This document shows, in pieces, positions 12,774 to 25,140 of a DNA stretch of 64,000 bases (position 1 is its first letter; the number at the start of each line of letters is the position of its first letter). The notes below the pieces were generated by a model. It did not search any database, was not told where the DNA came from, and was given only the letters and a program-made list of their open reading frames with translations. Location of the stretch: the NCBI RefSeq assembly GCF_006345805.1, contig NC_042997.1, positions 14,694,001-14,758,000 of the forward strand, given 5' to 3'. The DNA is from Octopus sinensis (taxonomy: Eukaryota). Both the position numbers and the translations under genes were made by a program.

Positions 12774-14044
12774 CAGGGTGCAATGGATAAATTGTCGCCA
12801 TTTTATATTTTAAATTTTGTGCATGCACATTGTTTGTTTTTGATTTTGTCGACTACACTGTATAGTAGGGTCAGTTGGGCACTGTCTGTGAGAAAAACAC
12901 CATGACACAATTCACTCTGCCAGAAAGTTTGGAAACAACATGGTGTACTACTTGGCATTTGTGGCAGAACCTCAAATACAAACATTTCAGAATGTTTGGG
13001 TGTCATCTGAGGACAGTGCAGAGGACTCCGAAAGAGTTGGATGAGTCTAATGGTGATTACAAAGGCACATAAGCTTGGAAAACTCACTCTGATTATTCTG
13101 GTAAGAAAAGAACTCCTCAATTTATTGGTGAGATCCAGGCTATGATTGACACTGATTCCTCCAAGTCAATCAGGTCCATCGCAAGGGACATGGTAGTATG
13201 TCCCTTGAGGCAGGTAGTACCTGAAGACATTCAGTATTCTTAATGAGATGAGAAAAGGCTAATTTTTATCCCAAGTTGCCAAGGACAAAAGGAATGACCA
13301 TGCTACGAAGCTCTTGAACAAACTCAAGCATCTCCTCCAAACAAACATGCAGAAAAATTCTGCCTGGATCAGATGGTGAACACAGAACAACTGTTGACTT
13401 GCAATACCCTAAAACATGTACCGAGAGTGATAAAAATGAAATACCCAGTCAACATCATGGTATTTGGAGTGATCACTAGTGATGGTGATGTTATGCCTCC
13501 ATTCATCTTCCCACATGGCCTCAAACTCAATACGGAGGCCAGCATCGAGTGCCTGGAGGAGGTAGTGCTGCCCTGGGTCAAGAAGGTGGTGGCTGCTGGA
13601 AGACCCTATGTCTGGCAACAAGACTCTGGACCATGCCACACAAGCAGGAGAACCCAGTCATGTCTGTCAGACAATTTCTGCAACCACACCACACCTAACA
13701 TCTGGCCACCTAACTCCCCAGACTGCAACCTGCTTGATTATTATGTGTGGGGGCACAGTTGAGTGAGAGACCAAAACGTCTTGTAACACCAAAGATAAAC
13801 TAAAGGCAAGAATTATGGCAGCATTCACCAACTTAAACAAGGAGGCTGTCCAGAAGAGTTGCAGATTTCAAAGTCATCTGGAGGCTGTGGTTGAAGCCAA
13901 TGGCGATGTTATTAAATAAAAATTTACTCTTTAGTATTTCAAGATATTTTTATGTAATTTTGGTAAATATATCTGTTAAAATGAGATGTCAGTGTTATTT
14001 TCGTTTTTGCATAATTTAGACGACAGTTTATTCACCGCACCCTG
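12774..14044 (+). mobile_element. Tc1/mariner transposon, DD37D (maT-like), decayed, about 1.27 kb
   Basis: TIRs CAGGGTGCAATGGATAAATTGTCG / CAGGGTGCGGTGAATAAACTGTCG, TA on the left (CA on the right). ORF 13373-13762 has IMVFGVITSDG, WQQDSGPCH and WPPNSPDCNLLDYYVWG, with 37 residues between the 2nd and 3rd Asp. N-terminal part is frameshifted. Confidence 0.9.
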
Positions 14045-14350
14045 CATATATATAGGAAAAAGTATGATAAGATGCAGTTTACAACATTATTCCCCACACA
14101 TATTATGCCACTGAGGCTATTCGCATCCTCTACAGTGGCTGTTCATAGTGCATTGAATGCTAATCCCCCAACATTTCTTCAATGGAACACTTTTTGTGAT
14201 ATATATATATACATATATGTATAGGACTTGCTTTGGGTTATTGACTTTGCATCAATTGATGTGGATCTTAAAATGCATTTTACTGAATGCATTAGCTGAA
14301 AATAACCTTATAATTACCATATAAATGTTAATATATATAAGAGCGTTATA

Positions 14351-15251
14351 TCAGGTCATTAAAAATGAAATGTCCGATTTTCTTATGCACCAAGTTTGGC
14401 AATTATTAACTCTGATGTTTTATCCTGACAATTCTTTGTTTTATAACATTGAAGATTTACATCATCACTTTTCGAAATGCAATTCATGGTTTCTGATTAT
14501 ACTGTAAATCAATTTTTGTGAACCTATGGGTAGATAAAAAATTTGTGTTGTTTATGAATATGAGTTCTGTCATGGAACCAATGCATTCCAGACAGCTCAA
14601 AACATCAATGAGGTATTTGGTGAAGATGTGGGGAATGAGTGCACTGTATGTCCATGATCTGAGAAGTTCCGGTCTGGTGACTTTACTCTTCAAAATCAGC
14701 CCCGTGCCAAAACACAATCCAAAAAAGAATATTCACCAAAAAAAAGCTAATGGTGTCTGTTTGATGGTCCAGCGCTGGAGTCATCTACTACAGCTTCATG
14801 TGACCTGGCAAGTAAATTACAGTGGATGTATACATCAACCAATTGGATGAAATGATGAGCAAACTTCAATTAAACAATCGAGATTGATGAATAGAGACAG
14901 GCCAAATCTCTTGCAAGACAATACAACCACAGAAACTGAACTTGGAAGTACTCTGTCACCACCGTATTCACCAGACCTTGCGTTGACTGACTATCATGTC
15001 TTCTAGGCATTAAACAACTTTTTGCAAGGAAAAAACTTCAAATCTAAACAAGATGCAAAAACAGCCTTTCATGATTTCATCACCTCTTGCACTCCAGAAT
15101 TCTTCACTGCGTGCATAAATAAGCTACTGATAAAATGGCAAAATTGTGTCGATAATTTAGGTGCATACTTTGATTAACTGCACTGCTTTTCGTTGAGATA
15201 AAGTAAAATAATTTCAGTTCAAAATCGGACATTTCCTTTTTAATGACCTGA
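14351..15251 (+). mobile_element. Mariner (DD34D-type) transposon, internally deleted
   Basis: About 30-bp TIRs TCAGGTCATTAAAAA(T/G)GAAATGTCCGATTT with TA on both sides. Remnants of the HTH (NAFQTAQNINEVFGED), KLMVSV-W and PPYSPDLALTDYHVF...KWQNCVDNLGAYFD*. Confidence 0.9.
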
Positions 15252-15291
15252 TAATTCACTTAAAGCATTGTAATACTGAAGAAGGTAAAAA

Positions 15292-15562
15292 GAGAGAAAA
15301 TAGAAAGCTTTTGACAATGCAGAAAGCTTAATAAAACCTTTATATTTCAGGCACAAAGGCCCATCTTCAGAAGAAAAAACAAAGTCTGAGAAAAGTCCAG
15401 TGATATCGGTTCCATTAATGCATTTGAATGGGTAAACAGAACATACATAACTGAGCTTTTCTCAGACTGTTTTCTTTTTTATCTTCTGAAGACGGGCCTT
15501 TGCACCTGAAATATAATGGTCTTATTAAACTTTCCACATTGTCAGCAGCTTTCAATTCTCTC
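15292..15562. repeat. Inverted repeat, about 110-bp arms, Penelope pLTR-like
   Basis: 15292-15401 vs 15450-15562, diverged. Each arm carries a hammerhead-like motif. Confidence 0.85.
15337..15374 (-). ncRNA. Minimal hammerhead ribozyme motif in left arm of inverted repeat
   Basis: TCTT-CTGAAGA-T-GGGC-CTTTGT-GCCT-GAAA-TATA-AAGG: palindromic ATAT helix III and AUA triplet. A decayed counterpart lies on + at 15482-15519. Confidence 0.55.
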
Positions 15563-16467
15563 CCTGCAAAAATTATAACATAAAGATGAAGAAGAAATCA
15601 AAATGAGTGTAATAGGCTTACACTCAGGAAAAATAAAAAAAGTCTTTTATGTTTTGAGTATATGATCTTCTACAGAAAAAAATAGACAAGGAGAAAAAAG
15701 AAAGTTGAGAGAGAAAAGACGAAGCATGCCTCAATTAGCTGATTACCAGTGGTTTCATACAGGTCTAAATTGCAATCGAGTGAACAGAAAAAGTACTCAA
15801 TACTGTTCGGCTAAGCAGAATAACATTTAATCAAAACTGAGATTGTGTAAGCAAATATGCATCACTTGTTGCTGAACTTCAGGTGACACTGTGTATGTGT
15901 GTGTGTGTGTATTTGTTTGTGTGTGTGTGTGTGTGCACGCGTGTGTGTATTTGTTTGTGTGTGTGTGTGTGTACACACACACATACACCTATATATATCA
16001 TCGTCATCCTCACTGCCACTTTACATCTGCTCTCTTGCTGGCATGGACAGGATGGGCCTGTAGAGTCTGAATCAGTTCCTCCTTGGAGTTATTGCCTCCC
16101 AAGATAGGCCAGAGGACTACATCTCACTTGTACATATCATATATGACTTGGTTTCTATGGCTAGCTGCCCTTTCTATCTCCAACCACTTTACACAGTGCA
16201 CCGGATGCATTTTATTCTACATATAATATACATGCATATACACACATACATGCAAATATGATTTCGCATCACTGATGATCTCTCATGGTAACATCATATA
16301 TGTTACATTGCCAAAACTACATCTCAGACATGGTGTTGCAGCTAAATATACAAGAATCTTAGGTCAGCCACATTCGAAAGAAAGCCATTCAACTGGTTAA
16401 CAAGCAATCATTGAAGACATCCAACAACCCCTGAGTCACATGACTTTCTCCCTGTCTCTCTCTCTAC

Positions 16468-16513
<46 letters not shown>

Positions 16514-16514
<1 letters not shown>

Positions 16515-16872
16515 CTCTTTTACTCTTTTACTTGTTTCAGTCATTTGACTGCGGCCATGCTGGAGCACCACCTTTTTAGTACTTATTCTATCGGTCTCTT
16601 TTCGCCAAACCGCTAAGTGACGGGGACCTAAACACACCAGCATCGGTTGTCAAGCAATGCTAGGGGGACAAACACAGACACACAAACACACACACATATA
16701 CATATATACGACAGGCTTCTTTCAGTTTCCGTCTACCAAATCCACTCACAAGACATTGGTCGGCCCGGGGCTATAGCAGAAGACACTTGCCCAAGATGCC
16801 ACGCAGTGGGACTGAACCCGCAACCGTGTGGTTGGTTAGCAAGCTACTTACCACACAGCCACTCCTGCGCCT
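16514..16872 (-). mobile_element. tRNA-derived SINE, same family
   Basis: Reverse complement of 42899-43310 with an internal deletion. Confidence 0.8.
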
Positions 16873-16972
16873 ATGTATATATGTATATATATATATATAT
16901 AAATATATTGATAAAAATGGCAAGACAACAAAAGAAAGGAAGAGACCTCGATATTATGTAAATAGAGGAATT

Positions 16973-17099
16973 TATCTGTAAATGTAATATGTGACAATTA
17001 TTCTGTAGCCATGATAAAGATGGAAATCCACCTCGGTATCTGAAACTCAAAGTTTTATCATGGCTACAGAATAATTGTCACATATTACATTTACAGATA
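16973..17099. repeat. Perfect 46-bp inverted repeat with 35-nt spacer
   Basis: TATCTGTAAATGTAATATGTGACAATTATTCTGTAGCCATGATAAA at 16973-17018 and its exact reverse complement at 17054-17099. Confidence 0.95.
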
Positions 17100-17721
17100 T
17101 ATATATATATAAAGCATAACATTGCCTTCTCCTTAGAACTACCTGCATATCACCACCATCTTGGCCCAACCAATACGTTTGTTTTTTTCTATATCATCAT
17201 CCCTACAGTGACTCACTCCATGATCCTGCACTAAACAAATTTCCCAATTATTCCTTTCCAGATTTGCAGATCCATTGAATATTCCACAGCAATTTCATTT
17301 TTCTAGCAGACACTGAACAGAGCATTACTGCATTAGTGTGACCACTTCAGAAGTGCTTCAGAAATTTATAGACACTACAACACTACTCCTCTATTTAACT
17401 CTCTCTCTCTCTCACACACACACATAAAGAGAGAGAATACATTGACTAGAGTCAAGGTACCATCAGCAAAAAATAGATTAGTGTATTAACATATTTAATG
17501 TAGTATTAAAAATGTTAACAAGAAATAATTATGTAGTGAAGTAAAGACAACATTACTTAATGACTAATGTTATATTAATTCTTTTGGCACTTATGAGAGA
17601 GAGAACTTTGGATGTGTTTTGGTCTTAGTCTCAGCAAAACATAGACATCACCATATTTGAAGAAGTATTAAAGAGAAAATCAACATTTTCTTCTTAATTC
17701 TTTCATAGTGTGTGTGTCTGT

Positions 17722-17752
<31 letters not shown>

Positions 17753-19482
17753 AGAGAGTAACTTATTAAAATAGCATAATTCTGATGAATTTAATTACTT
17801 CATAAATAGAGATCAATAAAGGGAGTTCCAGTCTAAAGTACCCGTACCAGTATAATTTACTAAAACCCTTTTAGACAGAACCCCATCATGTCACAGTCCA
17901 ATGACTGAATCCATTGAAAAAATAGAATAAGACATACAGCAATTATAGTATGGAAGACTCATATCAGCCATTCAAAAACATACAAAATCTTTTAACCTTG
18001 ATTACATTGACCCCTGCCTCCACCCACCAGTGTTCAACTGGTACATATTTAATGAACCTCAAAAGAATGAAATGCAAAGTTGACCACAGTGGAATTTGAA
18101 CTCAGAATGCAAAGTGCTAGAAGACACCACTAAGCATTTTGTCTGATGCACTAATGATTCTGCTGGTTCACCGCCTTTATAGACTCAATGCCAGTTATAA
18201 AGATCAGATAACCGTGGTTATCAATAAAGTTCTGAAAAGGAGTTTATCCATGTATTTGCTTTCCAATTTTTCTTTTACAACCACTGTCTTTGTTTAGGTT
18301 GAAAATGTTATGTGGTTCATTAGACCTTAAGTACATATAACAGTAGTTTTGATAGTGAACTTAATCCATCACCTGCTTTAATGGAACTCTTGAGTACTTT
18401 TAGATGTCTAAATTGTTGCAAACATTTAAACCAGGCCTCCAGCTTCCCTCTCCCCTACCAGTCCCAGAAGGTTTATAATCCTGACTAAGCCATAAAAATA
18501 TAATAATACTATGGCATAAATATTTTAAAATCAATAAAAAGAATTATTCACGAAAGAACATTAAAATATTCATTATTAATGTGCTAAAATCAACTCATAA
18601 CTACCAAAAAGCTAACTCAGTATTCCATAATGATCAGAAATATTGATTTATCCTTTTTCATACTCTGCTTCTAACAAAAATGCACCCTCATGTTTCTGTT
18701 TTTACTTAAATTTTAATATAATTCAGTTCTGTAAAATAACCATAATTTCATATTTATTTATATAGTAAACAGATGTTTCAAACCAACATTACAAAAAGTT
18801 CTTTTATAAATTTGTTATAAGTTTGTCTCAAAACTACTTGAATTCTCAATAAAACTTAAACTAAGCTTTCAAATTTTGTTTAAATATCATCATTTAAATA
18901 AATTATTAGTCATTAGTATATTATGATGTGTAGCTTACAAAATTCCCATTATTATGTTGGGCAAAGATAGCAAGGAGGCAGAATAATGAGTACTCCAGAC
19001 AAAAATGCTCAGCAGCCTTTGTTCTAGCTTTACACTCTGAGTTCAAATGCTGTTGAGGTTGACTTTGCCTTTCATTCTTTCGAGGTTCAGTGAAGAACCA
19101 GTCAAGTACTGGGATCAATGTACCCTCTCCCCTAAAATTGCTGGCCTTATGCTAAGATTTGAAACCATTATTATATTTTAGACAGAACTTCCCTAACATC
19201 ACTAAGGTTGTCCTTTTCCCTTTCTTTAAATTTTGCACAGCAGTCAACCTCTGCTGTTATTATATGAAACATTTAAACAAGTAAACAGTCAATGATGGCT
19301 CTTCAGTTATAAGGACAACTGATTGGATCCACTTTCTTCTGAATATTTTTGAAAAGGAATATCTTAAAATATTTTATTCCATTCTTTATTATGGAAATTG
19401 CAGCAATCTCTAATGCTGTTCCAGTTGTTTACATGCTCAGATGCTTCATACATTGTATTTTTTTTATTTTATTTATTTTCAA

Positions 19483-19751
19483 CATCATCATCATCATCAT
19501 CATTTAGCGTCCGCTTTCCATGCTAGCATGGGTTGGACGGTTCAACTGGGGTCTGGGAAGCCAGAAGGCTGCATCAGGCCCAGTCTGATCTGGCAGTGTT
19601 TCTACGGCTGGATGCCCTTCCTAACGCTAACCACTTCGTGAGTGTAGTGGGTGCTTTTTACGTGCCACCCGCACAGGTGCCAGACGGAGCTGGCAAACGG
19701 CCACGGACGGATGGTGCTTTTTACGTGCCACCGGCACAGGGGCCAGGCGAC
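19483..19751 (-). mobile_element. RTE 3'UTR-type repeat
   Basis: Same family, with the same truncation point (..GGGCCAGGCGA) as 912-1176. Confidence 0.8.
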
Positions 19752-20351
19752 ATGTGAAAATCCTTTAGAATCATTAATAAAATTCATAAAGCTTATATGA
19801 TTTTGTGTAGTCTTAAAAACAGACACTAGATAGAAATAAAAAGGATTTGCGAAAATATTAAAAAATCCTGAAACCACAAAAATTCACATTTAAAAGTAAC
19901 TGATGGTGTTCATTATAAATGCACCAGAATCAATTCATGAGAACCTAAAATGCAACTGGTGACAGGTTCTTTGAACAGCAGCCATATTTTGTTTTCATAA
20001 TACTAGATAAGTAACTTTAAAAATATCCCCAAACCTCAGTATTTCATAAAGATGAGAACTATTTCAGGGCAGTTTTTAAACATGAAATCCCTGATGAGAA
20101 CTGTTTAATATATTGGTAATAGAATATTCACTTATACTGTATATTACAAGTATTTAGAGGGTTGTGAGTGAAGTGAATCAAGAAAGAGGTGTTTGAGAAG
20201 TGACAGGAGGTATTAGTTATTGAGGGTTTAAGTTTAAATGGTTTAAGTGATAGATGGTAGAAAAGATTGGTTGTTTCATGTTGATAAATTATTTACATAT
20301 TTTGAGTTTTTGTAACACACACACACATCACCACCACTATATATACAATAT

Positions 20352-20385
<34 letters not shown>

Positions 20386-21565
20386 ATGCATGCCCATGCA
20401 ACAGGCAGAAAATGCATGTTAATGTTCTATGTTTATTATTGTCGTTGTATATACCAAGGTCAGCCCTGACTAAGCAGACTTATGATGTGGTCCTAGTCTC
20501 CTAATTTACATCCCTACAACTTAGTGCCTCAACAAAGTAGACCAATAGAATAAGTACCAGGTTTAGTCATATATATATTTATTATTTATTATTTACATTT
20601 ATTCTTTATTGGCAATACCAATTATCAGTCTTCCATACATTCTATATGAAAAGGATTATTTTAAATGTATATGTAAAGTTGAAACATTGGTGTAACCATG
20701 ATGTTCTGGCGATCTGAAGAGCTAGCCTTCTATATATGCATTGATTTGTAATTATACAATTGTACTAGACAATGTGTAGCATACATATTGGTGCAGACAT
20801 GTAAGAGGATTTATTATACACTGAAATTATTATTACATGGTGAAGCTTGTGAAACAGCCATAATCATATGGATATCAAATGGTTAAACAAACATATTCAC
20901 CTCTCATACCTCCTGATTTTTATGGTCTGTGTGTGTGTATAAAGATATACTTTATTTATGGGATAACAATGCAACCAGTGGTTTCATGTGAAGAAATCTT
21001 CACAATTATATATATATATATAATTATATATACACACACACATACATACAGAGGATATAGTTAAAATTTTTTTTTAATCTAGCAAAATGACAATTTTAAA
21101 AAAAAATTTAATTAATGCTTTCATTTTATTTTAATTTGCAATTTAAAATTCATAAACCTAAGATGCTGTGGTGGAGAAAATTTGGAAATGAAATTCAAAT
21201 GAAGGCTTAATTCTAAGAATATTGAAATTTCTATTAGCAAGTTTTTAAAATAAATTTCAGTTCAGTTTGAACATTAATTTTACATTTTGTTACTTTTTAA
21301 AAAGATTTTTTAAATCTGATTCTTTCTGCCTGTGTTTGTTCCATGATAACATCACAGTTTTATAAAATTTGAAATATCACATTTAAAAGATCATTGAACA
21401 GAAATTCCCATTTTTGATTGCAATATTATTCCAGAGAATATTAAGGCTATGATATTAAGTCCAACAGAAATAAATTTTCTCTGAGAAGCAAATCTAAGCA
21501 AAATGGACTTCATTTTTGCATTTGATTTGCAACATTCTTGATGTGAATTCATGTGTTGAAACAAA

Positions 21566-21860
21566 TTTTGTTGTATCTTGGGAGTATCATTACACCAATA
21601 ATAATAACACACACACAGGTACAATTCCACTTCTTTCTTGTTAAACCTTGGAGCAAGAGGGGAAGTCACTGAAAAGGTCAAGAACAGCAACAAAAAAACT
21701 TTGACTAACAAACAACCAATTAGTTGTTTAACTAGCACATTAAACAAGCAAATTAGTTATTTGGTTAGATATTTACCCAATTGGCTAACAATAAAGAAGT
21801 GGAATTGAATTTGTGCATGTGTTATTATTGGCATAATGACCCTCCCAAGACACAACAAAA
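21566..21860. mobile_element. Hairpin MITE-like element with about 75-bp imperfect TIRs
   Basis: TTTTGTTGTATCTTGGGAG..CAATTCCACTTCTTT (21566-21643) is the inverse of 21786-21860. A second, RTE-interrupted copy appears at about 29141-29905. Confidence 0.65.
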
Positions 21861-21953
21861 CAAGCAAAATCTAATTTGCAAAGATGATTTAAGACATCAT
21901 GAAAAATGATAACAACCCATGTTGAAAGAGAATTGACATTATTAGTAACTCAC

Positions 21954-22090
21954 CTGTAAATGTTCTCGATTTAGAAGCAATAATTTCTGATTTTTGTTTC
22001 ACTGTTACACAAAGGTGCATCATAACAATCATGGTTAAAATCATAATGATACTTTGGAATAATAATGGAAATTCATAAAATTTGCCAAAC
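21954..22090 (-). CDS. PQLC1: PQLC1-like coding exon (137 nt)
   Basis: Acceptor ctctttttatttttaaag|G completes the split Trp codon. Then FGKFYEFPLLFQSIIMILTMIVMMHLCVTVKQKSEIIASKSRTFT + G|gtgagt, matching the PQLC1 segment that follows LRIxFW. Not in the ORF track because it lacks an ATG start. Confidence 0.95.
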
Positions 22091-23905
22091 CTTTAAAAAT
22101 AAAAAGAGCAATAAAGAGAGAAACAGGAAATAAAATCAAAAACATGTTAAATGGTAAAAATGAACAATAACAAAGAAAAAATTGCTATTTAACAATATAT
22201 ATAATCATCATTATCATCATCATAAAATGTACATGTTCCATGCTGGCATAGGTTGAATTGTTTGATAGAATCCAATACGTCCAAGGACTGCATGAAACTC
22301 CAATGTCTGCTTTAGCATGGTTTCTATAGCTGGATGCACTTCCTAATGTCAACCACTTTACAGTACATATTGGGAGCTTCTGTTATGGCACCAGCATATA
22401 TCCTCATCATCATTATCCTCATCAAAATGTTCACCTTTTCCATGCTTGCCTGGATGAAACAAAATTCACTGAGGTAAATTTTCTTCATTCAGATGTTCTT
22501 CCTGTCACCAACAAAACAATCACCTACTTCAATGCACGATAATATTTCCCCAAACCCTTTCAACTAGAACAACATAACAACTAGACATGATTTCATGGGG
22601 AAACTGCAAATAAATGACATTGCTTCTATGACGGTTTCATTTACATACAACTAGCATGGGACCTCAAGACAAGGCCACACGCATACACACACATATAAAC
22701 ACACACTGTAACAATATCTGTGGAAATTTCACAGCTGATTTTGTGGCACAATGTCAGCTATAAATAATTCCCTGTTCAATAATCATATCATGTCATTTTT
22801 TTTCATTATGTTTTGATTAATTTCTAGGAAATCTTTTCTATTCCCTTTAGTCATGTTTTCTCATATCAGCTTGTGCAAAATATTCTTGCCTATCATCATC
22901 ATTCATATTTTGCCTTCTTTCTTCATTAACATTTCCCTATCGTTTATCATGATACCTTCTACCTCCATTTCTTGCATTGATTTCATTCATTCCCTTCTGG
23001 GTTGATACTTCTTGTTGTTCCCAATTCTCTTCCTCCTTTCCCCAATCTGTCCCTGTATGTTTTCTGTTTCTCTCATTCTAACTCTCACTGTCATACCCAG
23101 TGATCACTGTCTGCTGTAAAGCACCAAACTCCATTTCAGTAATAAAATAATTTTAAAAGCATTAGATATCATATAGTTGGTAACACCCATATCCAGTATA
23201 GACAGCTACATATCTTTTACAACACTCACATTCATACAAATACCAATGGTATGTAGACATATATATATATAGCCACCACTCTCTCACACATAAGGACCAA
23301 AGAATTTCACTTTTTTTCTCTTTTTCTTTTGTTTTCAACAGAACAATTTTGATAAAAAGTGGAGTAAGCAAATCCCTTGAACACCTCACACAGTGAATTG
23401 TTTAAAGAGGCAATGGCTTGTATGGGGCCATTTACCCTGTCTGGTACTGCTGATAGCAACAGTTAGTGCAAGTCTGCCATGAGACTGATGAACAGCAAGA
23501 CCTCAAATGGATGGCCACTGACTCTCATAAGTTCCTCTGCCTTTTCACAGGTTTATTCTTTTTCACCCCAAAGGGTGTCCAATAATCACTCTCTTCACCA
23601 AGAAAGCATGGTAGGGTTGCAAGTTAAATTGCCAACAACCAAACTATGTGGCAATTTGGACTAGGTTACATTTTACCAGTAGCACTTGAGAGTGACCTGA
23701 CAAGCAGATAGACAGTCATGCATACATACATACATATGTCACATAAAAAGCACTCTGTAAAGTGGTTGCATTAAGAAGTACATCCAACCATAGAAACAAT
23801 GCCAAAGCAGACAGAAGATCTTAGCACAATCCTCTGGTTAGCCAGCCCCCATCAAACCATCCAACCCAAAACAGTATGGAAAATAGACAATAAATCATGA
23901 TATAT

Positions 23906-24474
23906 ATCATCATCATCATCATCATCATTTAGCGTCCGCTTTCCATGCTAGCATGGGTTGGACGGTTCAACTGGGGTCTGTGAAGCCAGAAGGCTGCATC
24001 AGGCCCAGTCTGATCTGGCAGTGTTTCTACGGATGGATGCCCTTCCTAACGCCAACCACTCCGTGAGTGTAGTGGGTGCTTTTTACGTGCCACCTGCACA
24101 GGTGCCAGACGGAGCTGGCAAACGGCCACGGACGGATGGTGCTTTTTACGTGCCACCGGCATGGAGCCAGGCGAGGCTGGCAACGGCCACAAACAGATGG
24201 TGCTTTTTACGTGCCACCAGCATGAGGCCAGTCGGGGCGGCGCTGGCAACGGCCACGAACGGATGGTGCTTTTTTTACGTGCCACCGGCATGGAGCCAGG
24301 CGAGGCAGGCAACAGCCACAAACAGATGGTGCTTTTTACGTGCCACCGGCATGAGGCCAGTCGGGGCGGCGCTGGCAACGGCCACGAACGGATGGTGCTT
24401 TTTTTACGTGCCACCAGCATGGGGGCCAGGCCAGGCTGTCAACGGCCACGAACGGATGGTGCTTTTTACGTGCC
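23906..24474 (-). mobile_element. RTE 3'UTR-type repeat with expanded internal tandem array
   Basis: Family tail plus seven ACGTGCC-anchored units of 61-68 bp. Confidence 0.8.
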
Positions 24475-24529
24475 ATATATATATATTAACAAACACATCA
24501 TCATCATTATAACATGAGACAAAATAAAC

Positions 24530-24950
24530 TTATTACCATGTGGTAAGAAGTTTGCTTCCCAACCACACGGTTCCAAGTTCAGTCTCACTGCATGGTACCT
24601 TGGCAAGTATCATCTACTACAGCCGCAGGCCAATCAAAGCCTCATGAGTGGGATTTGGTAGACAGAAACTGAAAGAAGCACATTGTATATATAAATTTAT
24701 ATATCTATCTGTGTGTGTGTGTGTCTTTGTATCTATGTTTGTCCCCCACTACTGCTTGATAATTGGTGTTGGTGTGTTTACATCCCCATAGCTTAACAGT
24801 TCAGCAAAAAGAGACCGCTTGAATAAGTACCAGGCTTAAAAATATGAAAAAAAATGTACTCGGGGTCAATTCATTCAACTAAAATATCTTCAAGACAGTG
24901 CCCCAGTATGACCGAAATCTAATGACTGAAACAAGCAAAAGATAAAAGAT
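24530..24950 (+). mobile_element. tRNA-derived SINE, older copy
   Basis: Diverged head, (TA/TG) middle and tail. Similar decayed copies at about 2621-2999(+), 3641-4090(-), 27720-27850(-), 30770-30910(+), 58310-58465(-), 61390-61550(-), 62571-62725(+) and 63636-63846(+). Confidence 0.65.
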
Positions 24951-25140
24951 ACCAGCTAAGAGTAAAAAGGGGTTAAACACATAAACATCATGTCTCTCAT
25001 TTCCCTTAGACTCACCTACCTTCTAACCTTCCTATTTGTGGATACAGACCATCACTAGTTTCATTAGACTTTACTGTTTCACCTTAAAGGCCACATCCAA
25101 TTTTTTTCGGTTTTGAGAACTCCTTAATTCAAGCTATATA

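Noticed and set aside
17217-17225. Possible 9-nt microexon (tgcag|GATCATGGA|gtgagt, minus strand)
   Set aside because: It keeps the frame but would change the conserved Asp of DFD to Asn. Such motifs arise by chance in 19 kb and there is no supporting evidence.
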